Below, piece by piece: positions 50,601 to 58,461 of a DNA stretch of 64,000 nucleotides; the stretch's first letter is position 1, and every line of letters starts with the position of its first letter. The notes below the pieces were generated by a model that ran no database searches, was not told the DNA's origin, and saw only the letters and a list, made by a program, of their open reading frames with translations. The stretch is from an uncultured virus (IMG/VR IMGVR_UViG_3300042923_001406) (taxonomy: Duplodnaviria; Heunggongvirae; Uroviricota; Caudoviricetes). The position numbers and the translations under genes were made by a program. The stretch is taken from the IMG/VR virus record IMGVR_UViG_3300042923_001406; one strand, given 5' to 3'.

Positions 50601-51669
50601 TGAGTTTGAACAAGTTGACGCAGGAAAAGAAATAAAAAATACAGAAACTAAAACAGTATCTTTTGATAAATTAAATATATCAGATAAAATATGTAATAGA
50701 CATGGTAATAAAGGTATAGCTTGTAACGTTTATAAAAATAGTGAAATGGAATATTTTGAAAATGGAGAAATAATAGATGTTAAAGTAAATCCTTTAAGTA
50801 TAGTTTCAAGAATGAATATGGGTCAGACTTTGGAAGCCCCGTTAGGATTGTCTTGTTATGTTTTAGGAATTAATATATTATGTAGTTCATTTTATTCACC
50901 AAGTTTAGAAGATTCTAAAATGTTATTATCTTATACAGTTGATTTAGCTAATTCTAAAGACGGAGAAGAATATTCTATATTTAATAATTATAAAAATTTA
51001 CCAGATGAATTACATAAAAATTCTAAAGAAAATATAAATAAAATAAGATATTGGAAGAATACATTTGATAAAGAAGGAAAAGCTTATTTAATTAATCCAC
51101 GTTCAGGTAAAAGAACATTAACTAAAGTAAATGTTGGTGTTAATTATGTTTATAAATTAATACAAGAGGGAGAAGAGAAGATTCACTCAAGGGGTGGATA
51201 TATGACTTCACCTTATGTATTTAAAACTGATTCACCTACTAAAGGTGCTTCTAATGAGGGTGGTCAAAGACAAGGTTACATGGAACTAGATGCTTTAGCG
51301 GCACATGGTGCATCTGCTTTATTAAAAGAAATAACAAATGAACGTAGTGATAATGCTGTAGCAAGAAATAATGTTACTGTAAAAGCTATACATTCAGATA
51401 GTCTAATGTATATGCTGGATGATAACAAAGGAATAAGAAGATCTTCTGAGTATATGTTTGAAATATTTAGAGCATTAGGATTAAATTCAGAATTTACAGA
51501 AGAAGAAATAAATTTATATGATAAAGAAGCTAAAAGTGTTTATAGTAAAAATACTTTAAAGTTAGCTGAATTAGGTAATTCAGAAAATTTACCTAAATAT
51601 AAGTCTATAGATGAAGATGAAGATGAATTAAAAAGACTTATGAGCGAATTAGAAAAATCTTTAGAGTAA
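47692..51669 (+). CDS. rpoB: DNA-directed RNA polymerase beta subunit, highly diverged
   Basis: HYGRICPYETP, PFAGGNDAAR...MVKQA, GYNYEDG, DKICNRHGNKG, NPLSIVSRMNMGQ, KIHSR, GGQRQGYMELDALAAHGA, in canonical order. Confidence 0.95.
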   Translation: MSSFNAKTKTLILGNKKLDKIIDSYRESDSYISYNRYITEGLKKDIEEILIPEINKLSDNVKISLHDKSIIVEKDKDFSNSIFNKVRLSFLVPNMPDAKTFNFKDYETNPFLFFKLPYMEKSGILLNKDKRYTVINSLKLDDDITYDTKTLKVVDNGHSFTITGGINPKFEMFGTGVYLVDFIIMMYKYDYPINDSGKELVYDYLKNVVNTDVNNYISGKNKDYIRDKDLDIDTRDRYIRQLIGLHNDNKSKEFYFNEKIENGYLDTTNSRFYLNKILSLNNAIGKLISRDINKDNGETIVKKGSIITKDVVKILHKNLIDTIYVENIPSIGGQYIGDNILIGNILPKGTPICKELVRYFPELSNYTTAPRDFLTSNNEPIIILKDTLITNKLLDTLLYLGKNEFYYKESIKTKKLLIASFEEEYCNNRHFPVEDLDQDIINQIDQKPIMTEEDEENVDLEEYDDDDSIFGDYVFIDKNGNISKESNKLTCHDCVALLSLYTKLNTGKHYDLFSDPDLGLRKKVDQIYNHFHNSFISTTKKIIRMKQTTIKNYMSSAVHLKNVSKLEEIFKQFSVEFFRYLQSDLKVIDNLDITNPVSMISSLTKINTIVKDQDSIADSMRLLTMGHYGRICPYETPQSKKLGIVNNYASECIIEKGKMYTSYYKLENKNGNMYVNFNPIRMTIEEEENYRIADIRDIDYNDDGLILTKAKVLSRIPLKNSLEKMTIAYVDIMDVQYISISYNQHISIAGTTIPFAGGNDAARTTFGLAMVKQAKGLVKGEIPIINTTGFLNIVNMTEFYKIFAEDDGRVLELNSSSIIVLYKNNNMVKYEFEPMTLSFDTIVLRVVKVNKNDTIKKGQTLVSSNFVKDDCMVLGVNALVGYIIDGYNYEDGIPCSERVANKLTSYGVHSEKIPISKSKKSPAIINVNYNQYIEEDNTLFKLSSKSDTDIRTIISNRVMAKKSRGFIARAEFEQVDAGKEIKNTETKTVSFDKLNISDKICNRHGNKGIACNVYKNSEMEYFENGEIIDVKVNPLSIVSRMNMGQTLEAPLGLSCYVLGINILCSSFYSPSLEDSKMLLSYTVDLANSKDGEEYSIFNNYKNLPDELHKNSKENINKIRYWKNTFDKEGKAYLINPRSGKRTLTKVNVGVNYVYKLIQEGEEKIHSRGGYMTSPYVFKTDSPTKGASNEGGQRQGYMELDALAAHGASALLKEITNERSDNAVARNNVTVKAIHSDSLMYMLDDNKGIRRSSEYMFEIFRALGLNSEFTEEEINLYDKEAKSVYSKNTLKLAELGNSENLPKYKSIDEDEDELKRLMSELEKSLE

Positions 51670-51690
51670 CTTATAAGAAAGAAGGTACTT

Positions 51691-52350
51691 ATGCACGGAG
51701 TTCAACATAAAAGAATGGGAGTTGCTTTAGGGGCGGGAATACTTGTATATTCCCTTCTCTCTAATTCTGAACCTGCATTATCTTTATGTATGTTAACAAC
51801 ACCCATGGGTGTAATGTTACCTGATATTGATCATGATAGAACAAAAATAGGTAGAGTTAGAAGTCAAGTAACAACCTTAATTAAAGTAGGAATAGTAGCC
51901 AGTATTGGTGGATTTATATTTTTATCTTATAAATCTGGTGGATTAAAAAATCTTATACTAAATTTAATATTTTTAGGAGTAATGGCTGTTATAATAAATA
52001 TAATAGAAAGAAATAAATTTATTAAGAAACAATTAGGTTTTATAACAAAACATAGGGGTATAATGCATACACTAGTACCTCCAGCCTTTATTATGGGTAC
52101 TACATGGTGGACATCTAATATTTATTATTTTTACGGTGTATTAGGGTTTGTTTTAGGATATGTTGTACATTTATTAGGAGATATGGCTACAGAAGAGGGT
52201 GCTCCTGTTTTATGGCCATTATTTAAATCAAATATAAGATATTTAAAATTAAATACTACAAATAACAGTACTATATTAGAAGTTGTTTGTAATTTATGGT
52301 GTTTAATATTTATAGGAGTTAGCATATACTTAGGAAGAGGTATAATATAA
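51691..52350 (+). CDS. Membrane-bound metal-dependent hydrolase (YdjM/DUF457-like)
   Basis: N-terminal His, LPDIDH, HRGIMHT, HLLGD, G.P.LWP with several TMs. Confidence 0.85.
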   Translation: MHGVQHKRMGVALGAGILVYSLLSNSEPALSLCMLTTPMGVMLPDIDHDRTKIGRVRSQVTTLIKVGIVASIGGFIFLSYKSGGLKNLILNLIFLGVMAVIINIIERNKFIKKQLGFITKHRGIMHTLVPPAFIMGTTWWTSNIYYFYGVLGFVLGYVVHLLGDMATEEGAPVLWPLFKSNIRYLKLNTTNNSTILEVVCNLWCLIFIGVSIYLGRGII

Positions 52351-53039
52351 TGAGTAATATTACATTAAATAATGGTATTTTAAAATTAAATAATGTAGAT
52401 AAGTCTAAATTTAAAAGTATATATTTAAAATTTAGAAGAGATTTATTAGACTGTAATATACCACACTATAGACCAGTTGCTTTTAGATTAGAAGATACAA
52501 ACATATCAATGATAGAATCAAACGTAATAAAGATAAAGGAACTAGGTTATTCATTTTCTGAACTTTCATTTATTTTAAATGAAATAATATTATATGATAA
52601 AAGAGGAGTAATACCACCAATTTTATTAAAGAAATCAGCACCTATACTACAATCCGATTGTAGTTTTATAACATTAAATGGTAAGGATATAGGAACTAAT
52701 AATATTAGTTCAATGTTCTACTCTGGAGAAGGAATAAGTTCTATACCAAGATTATTACCTATAAATTTAAATATATTTGAAGGATTAAAGAAGAATATAA
52801 TGATAACTTTGGTACTAAGAAGAAATGTAGGAGAACAGGATTTTAATGATAATTTCAATTTAATTGATACCTCATCTGGATTTAAAACAATGAGAACCAT
52901 ATATAGTTTATATGATTATTTTTCTATAAATGAATATATGGGTGAAGATCATTTTAAATTAAATTATAAAAAAGATATAAATGAAGATGTTTTACTAAAC
53001 ATATTAATAGATTATTTTAAACAAAGTGAGGTATCATAA
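52350..53039 (+). CDS. Probable diverged RNA polymerase alpha subunit, N-terminal assembly domain only
   Basis: FRRDLLDCNIPHYRPVAFRL ~ alpha LRRxLLSSIPGxAITxVRI; ELSFILNEIIL ~ EIILNLK; ITLVLRRNVG ~ LxVxxGRG; 229 aa; coupled to beta-prime. Confidence 0.6.
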   Translation: MSNITLNNGILKLNNVDKSKFKSIYLKFRRDLLDCNIPHYRPVAFRLEDTNISMIESNVIKIKELGYSFSELSFILNEIILYDKRGVIPPILLKKSAPILQSDCSFITLNGKDIGTNNISSMFYSGEGISSIPRLLPINLNIFEGLKKNIMITLVLRRNVGEQDFNDNFNLIDTSSGFKTMRTIYSLYDYFSINEYMGEDHFKLNYKKDINEDVLLNILIDYFKQSEVS

Positions 53040-56000
53040 TGTTAAAAATAAAACCAATAACTATAAATGATTTACCTAAAAGAAGTAGTAAGATAGTTTC
53101 TGTATTTAAAAATAATAATGAACAATATAAAATAGGTAAAGATTTTGATGTTATATCAAAACAACCTTATGATGATATATCAAAATCATTTATGGATAGA
53201 GAAGAAAAAGTAAATATAGATGAATTTAGTACTCAAACTTATATTCATTTAAATATTAGTATTGTAAATGTATTTTTAGCAGGAAAAGAATTAAATGTAA
53301 TATCTAGATTGATAGGTGAAGAAATAAAAGCTTATGATTTGTCTAGAGGTGCTACTATCTTAAAGATAAACAAAAATAATGAAAATGGATTTGAAATTCT
53401 TCAACCTAATAATATTACTAATTCAGATATATATGATAGTAAAATTCATAGATTAGGTGGAGATGCAATAAAATTTTTATTAGAGAAAATAGATATAGAA
53501 GATAAAATAAGTAAATTACTTATTAGAACTTGTAATTCTATTGTATCTTATGATACTAGAAAAAAGCTTAAAGATGCAAATATAGGTTTTATAAATTATG
53601 GTTCAGGTGATATATGGGTAATAGATAATTACTATCTTAATTTATATTCAGAAGACTTAAAAAGTATTGTAGAAAAAAATATGGATAGGATAAGAGAAAA
53701 GTTATTATTAGGAGATCAGTTAAAAGGAGAATTTATTCCAGAAATAATAGCTTATTTATGTTTTAAGGAAGATAAAAACAGATTCATAAATATGTGTCAA
53801 AATATAATACCAGTATTACCATTAGGATTTAGACCTACTATTGATAAAATGAAAGATCCTTTAAGTGTATTATATAATAGAGTAGTACAAACTAATAATG
53901 ATTTAAGAAATTGTACAATATCTAAAGGTTCTAAATTAGATACAGTTAGGTTAAAATATCAAGCTCTTTATTTTAGATATTTAAATTTAGTTGTTGATAA
54001 AAATAAATATGATTCAACTAAATTTAAACCTTTATTAGATATATTAAGTGGTAAAGAAGCTGTTTTAAGAAATAATGTTCAATCAGCAACTGCTGACAAT
54101 ACAGGTCGTTCTGTAATAACTGTTGATCCTTACATGTCAGTAGATACAATAGGTATTCCAGAAGATATGGCTTTAAATTTATGTGAATTAGATGCTATAA
54201 AAGTTTTTAAATATAATAAAAAGAATAAGTCTGAAGTTTTTACAAGTAGAAGAAGACATCAATTGATAAATATTGCTAAGAAGATTTTAGAAGGTTCATA
54301 TGTTGTTACAGGTAGACAACCAACTTTATACTTATTAGGTGTTCAAGCTTTTAAAGTTAAAGTAGTTAAAGGATTTTCTATTGTTTTAAATCCTATAATA
54401 ACAAAAGCTTTTAATGCAGATTTTGATGGTGACCAGATGTATGTTAATAAACCACAGTCAGAAAAAGCTAAATATGAAGCTTCTACTTTGTTAAATAACA
54501 TGAATAATATGTTTTATCCTAAAGATGGTACATCACAATTATCACCAAGAATGGAAATGATTTATGGTCTTTATTTATGTTATAATGCTAAAAAAGATAT
54601 AGGTTCAAGAGAAATAAAATATAACAATGAAAAAGAATTTAAAAGTAATATTATAGAATCACTTAGAAATCAAGATGTTCATATAGATGATGTATGCATT
54701 ATAGATAATAAAGAGATAGGAACTGTAGGATATTCTTGTTTAAAATTATTTTTAGGTGGTAAGAAATTACAAGAATTTAGATTAGGTATTGTACCATTAA
54801 CAACTGATGAATCAAAACCAGAAATATGTGTAAAAGAAGAATTTTTTAAAGAGTTATTTAAACATATAAAATTAAATTATAGCAATAACAGTTTAATAAC
54901 AGCTATAAATAGATATGTTCAATTAGGATTTACAGTAGCAAATTTATATGCTCCTGATATAAATATTTTAAAAGACATAAATATGTCTGATTTATATTCT
55001 AAATTTGAAAAAGATATATCTATACGTCAAGAGAATCATTCACTAGGATTTGAACATGACGAAACTTATAATGATTTTTATGCAGAAGAATGTAATAAAT
55101 TAAGTGCTGCTATGTTAAAAAGAATAAAGAAAGAGTTAGGAGAAAACAATGGATTTATTCAATTAATTGAATCTGGTGCAAGAGGTAATAAATCAAATTT
55201 ATTACAGCTTTTTGGTATGAAAGGTACAATATTAAAGAATAAAAATGAAAAGTTCAATACAGTAATAAAAACACCATTATCTAAACAATTATCAGGAATA
55301 GAACATTTTATAACTGCGTATGGTTCTAGACAAGGTATTATAGATAAAACTATAAGAACTTATGAGCCTGGATATTTATCAAGAAAAATGTCTCATGTTA
55401 GTAGACATATGGTTATAGAAGATGATGATTGTGGTACAGATGAAGGATTAAATTTAAATTATGACTTTTTAGTAAAAATGTATGGAGTATCAAGATTATA
55501 TGGAAATACTATAACAGATTATGAAACAATAAGAAATTATACTACAAAAATAATGACTGGAAGATTCATAGTAGGAAGAGACACAGCACCATTAACTTTA
55601 AAAGAAGCAGATATGATATTTGTATCTGCAATAGCTAAGTTAGATGAAAATGATAATTTAGTAAAATTTAATGGAGTAAAATTAAGGTCACCTATAACTT
55701 GTAAATCACAGTGTTGTGTTAAATGTTATGGTATAGATTTAACTACCAATAAATTAGCTTTAGTAGGAACGCCAGTAGGTTATATAGCAGGTCCAACAAT
55801 AGGAGAACCTCTTACACAGCTTATAATGAAGAATTTCCAAAAAGGAGGAGTTGTTAGTAGTAAAAATATAACTTCTTCATTTGATACAGTTACTGATTTA
55901 TTAGAAATGGCAAGAGTATCAAAAATAAATAGTACAGAAGAACCTATAATTCATGATTTTATATCTCCTGTGGAGGGAACTATATCTTTACTTAGTGCTG

Positions 56001-56587
56001 GTAATGGAACATCAAAATTACAGATACTTGGAGAAAAAGGTACTAATATTCTTAAAAAGACTGTATATGTATATGATAGTTTAAAATTAAAGAAATACGT
56101 AAAAATAGGAGATTCTATACAAGAGTCGGAAGGAATTCTTGATGTTAATGAAGTATTAAAATACAGAGGTGTAGAAGAAGCTATAATGTATATTCTATTT
56201 ACAGTTTATAATATATTTGAAAATGATGAATATATAGATTTTAAACATTTTGAAACATTAGTAAATGGTATGATATTAAATGTATGTACTAAAGGTAATG
56301 ATTACTTTAAAGTTGGTAATTATTATTCATTAAAAGAATATAATACAAATAATAAAGATAATTGTAAATTTATAAAAGTAATTAGAGGATTAAAACAAAC
56401 CCCTAAAATTAGAAAGAATTTTTTAACAGCTATTTTCTTAGAAGATGTAGTAAGAACTGTAACTCGTAATATAATTACATCTGGAGAAGATGATTTAAGT
56501 GATCCATTTGTTAGAATATCACTAGGATTAAATTCTAATGTTGGTTCAGATTATAAAGGATATATAGAAAGTAGAGGAATATCATGA
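53039..56587 (+). CDS. rpoC: DNA-directed RNA polymerase beta-prime subunit, highly diverged
   Basis: IPVLPLGFRP, GRSVITVDP, RQPTL, catalytic NADFDGD (54413-54433), SGARG, bridge helix GSRQG...GYLSRKM, DDCGT, RSPITC...CVKCYG, GEPLTQL. Confidence 0.95.
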   Translation: MLKIKPITINDLPKRSSKIVSVFKNNNEQYKIGKDFDVISKQPYDDISKSFMDREEKVNIDEFSTQTYIHLNISIVNVFLAGKELNVISRLIGEEIKAYDLSRGATILKINKNNENGFEILQPNNITNSDIYDSKIHRLGGDAIKFLLEKIDIEDKISKLLIRTCNSIVSYDTRKKLKDANIGFINYGSGDIWVIDNYYLNLYSEDLKSIVEKNMDRIREKLLLGDQLKGEFIPEIIAYLCFKEDKNRFINMCQNIIPVLPLGFRPTIDKMKDPLSVLYNRVVQTNNDLRNCTISKGSKLDTVRLKYQALYFRYLNLVVDKNKYDSTKFKPLLDILSGKEAVLRNNVQSATADNTGRSVITVDPYMSVDTIGIPEDMALNLCELDAIKVFKYNKKNKSEVFTSRRRHQLINIAKKILEGSYVVTGRQPTLYLLGVQAFKVKVVKGFSIVLNPIITKAFNADFDGDQMYVNKPQSEKAKYEASTLLNNMNNMFYPKDGTSQLSPRMEMIYGLYLCYNAKKDIGSREIKYNNEKEFKSNIIESLRNQDVHIDDVCIIDNKEIGTVGYSCLKLFLGGKKLQEFRLGIVPLTTDESKPEICVKEEFFKELFKHIKLNYSNNSLITAINRYVQLGFTVANLYAPDINILKDINMSDLYSKFEKDISIRQENHSLGFEHDETYNDFYAEECNKLSAAMLKRIKKELGENNGFIQLIESGARGNKSNLLQLFGMKGTILKNKNEKFNTVIKTPLSKQLSGIEHFITAYGSRQGIIDKTIRTYEPGYLSRKMSHVSRHMVIEDDDCGTDEGLNLNYDFLVKMYGVSRLYGNTITDYETIRNYTTKIMTGRFIVGRDTAPLTLKEADMIFVSAIAKLDENDNLVKFNGVKLRSPITCKSQCCVKCYGIDLTTNKLALVGTPVGYIAGPTIGEPLTQLIMKNFQKGGVVSSKNITSSFDTVTDLLEMARVSKINSTEEPIIHDFISPVEGTISLLSAGNGTSKLQILGEKGTNILKKTVYVYDSLKLKKYVKIGDSIQESEGILDVNEVLKYRGVEEAIMYILFTVYNIFENDEYIDFKHFETLVNGMILNVCTKGNDYFKVGNYYSLKEYNTNNKDNCKFIKVIRGLKQTPKIRKNFLTAIFLEDVVRTVTRNIITSGEDDLSDPFVRISLGLNSNVGSDYKGYIESRGIS

Positions 56588-56928
56588 TAATAGAAGATTT
56601 ATTAAACTTAGGTTTTAATGATATTATAAATAATTATAAAGATAATATTGTTAATACTGGATATGTTAATAATATAATAGAGCTAAAAGGAATAAAGAGT
56701 AAATACAATACAAATGAAAATAATGCTATATTATTTTTTGACTTAGTTGATAAATCACAAATTACTATGGTAGTTATAAAAGTAGAAAATGTTTCCTTTA
56801 TAAATTCTATATTATTAAATTTAAATAGTAATAATAAATGTAAAGAGTACATTATATCTATTACTAAGACAGGTAATAAGGAATATACATTAACATATGT
56901 CAAAGAAAAAATTATTAAAGCTTTGTAA
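56584..56928 (+). CDS. Hypothetical protein (114 aa) coupled to beta-prime
   Basis: ATGA overlap with the rpoC-like stop. Confidence 0.65.
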   Translation: MIIEDLLNLGFNDIINNYKDNIVNTGYVNNIIELKGIKSKYNTNENNAILFFDLVDKSQITMVVIKVENVSFINSILLNLNSNNKCKEYIISITKTGNKEYTLTYVKEKIIKAL

Positions 56929-57868
56929 TCATATATTAATTGTATTATCAATTATAACATTAATGATTATCAATCCCTCTCAAGTAGAGGGGGATGATAT
57001 ATCATTATACTCTTATGTTATGAATATTTATAAAAAAGAATATATTAGTATAGAAGAAGCAAATAAAAAGTTAGAAGTACTTAAAAAAGAATATAATATT
57101 ATATCTTATAATAATCATAAAATTGAAAGTAATGAGTATATTAATAATTATTACAATAGCATAAAAAATAATTTTGATTTAGAATTTAATGATAAAATAG
57201 ATATTATAGAAAATAATAAATCAAAAGTAGAATTAACTATTGAAGAAAATATTATTAACTATTCATCTAAAGAGCTATCTAAGTTAAATAGAGAATTTAA
57301 CTTATTTAATGAAGAAATAAATAAAATTCTTAAAGATAAAGATAATTTATACTTTACATTTAATAGTTTAAACTATGATAAAAAAGATATAACTAACATA
57401 AAAGATGATATAATAAAAAATGAAGAAATAATATCTTATAATTCAGAATTTAATAATACAGCATTAGGAGATATATCTAAGTTAAAAAGACCATTTAATT
57501 ATAAAACAAGTTTGACGTCAGAATTAGGTTATAGAATAAACCCATTTGGTTCAGATATAGTATATCATTCAGCTGTAGATTATGCTATGCCAATTAATAC
57601 TGAATTGTATTCTTTATTTAATGGTGTAGTAACTTTATCAAATGATGAAGGATATTCATATGGTAAACATATAAAAATAGATTGCGGAAATGGTATAATA
57701 GTACACTATGCACATTTAAATAAAAGATTAGTAGAAGTAGGAGATAAAGTAACTCAAAATCAAATAATAGGATTATCTGGAACTACTGGACTATCCACAG
57801 GACCTCATTTACATTTAGGACTTTATTATAAAGGTGAGGTGTTAAACGTTGAAGAATTATTTAAATAG
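56897..57868 (+). CDS. M23 family peptidase with a coiled coil (EnvC/MepM-like architecture)
   Basis: Signal/TM, coiled coil, YHSAVDY, HYAHL, TGLSTGPHLH. Confidence 0.9.
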   Translation: MSKKKLLKLCNHILIVLSIITLMIINPSQVEGDDISLYSYVMNIYKKEYISIEEANKKLEVLKKEYNIISYNNHKIESNEYINNYYNSIKNNFDLEFNDKIDIIENNKSKVELTIEENIINYSSKELSKLNREFNLFNEEINKILKDKDNLYFTFNSLNYDKKDITNIKDDIIKNEEIISYNSEFNNTALGDISKLKRPFNYKTSLTSELGYRINPFGSDIVYHSAVDYAMPINTELYSLFNGVVTLSNDEGYSYGKHIKIDCGNGIIVHYAHLNKRLVEVGDKVTQNQIIGLSGTTGLSTGPHLHLGLYYKGEVLNVEELFK

Positions 57869-58406
57869 AATTTTATATTCATATAAAGGAATAATTTATG
57901 AAGAATTGCCATTTAATAATTACTTAGTTATAAAAGAAGTTATTAAAGATAATACTACTATTATTTATATATCTAGAGATATTAATATAATATTACATAT
58001 ATTTATAATAATTTTTTTATTATTACCTATTATATTTGTATATAATTATATAAATAATGTTAATAGTAGTGAAATTAATCATATAATACAAATACCTAAT
58101 GAAATTTATTATAATAAAGAAAATAATACAATAGATTTAGATATAACTAATAGTATAGATAATTGTAATGTGGTTAAAATATCTTTATTGGATAGTGAGA
58201 ATAATATAATTATAGAATCATTATTACTAAATATTAATGAAACTTTAGGTGGTATAAAAATAAATAAAGAATTAAATAGTCTACCTATATCATGTAAAAT
58301 AAAGTACAGTATAATATTAAATAACTCATATATAAAAACAATATATAAAGATGTTCTTTTAATTGATTCAATTAATTTAAAAAATAATATAAATAATGAT
58401 TTTTAA
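57849..58406 (+). CDS. Hypothetical single-TM protein
   Basis: TM at about aa 45-66; GAGGTG RBS. Confidence 0.65.
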   Translation: MKNYLNRILYSYKGIIYEELPFNNYLVIKEVIKDNTTIIYISRDINIILHIFIIIFLLLPIIFVYNYINNVNSSEINHIIQIPNEIYYNKENNTIDLDITNSIDNCNVVKISLLDSENNIIIESLLLNINETLGGIKINKELNSLPISCKIKYSIILNNSYIKTIYKDVLLIDSINLKNNINNDF

Positions 58407-58461
58407 AAAATTATTACTTATAGACAAATATAAATAATAAGTATATTGGAGGAAATTAAAC

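Noticed and set aside
47692..56587. Ordinary chromosomal rpoBC operon
   Set aside because: No flanking rplK/rplL/rpsL, two genes inserted between beta and beta-prime, and many normally invariant residues changed
47692..56587. phiKZ/AR9-type jumbo phage RNAP
   Set aside because: Subunits are unsplit, retain bacterial motif wording and come with an alpha-like gene; no virion genes in the window (a phage origin of the whole contig cannot be fully excluded)
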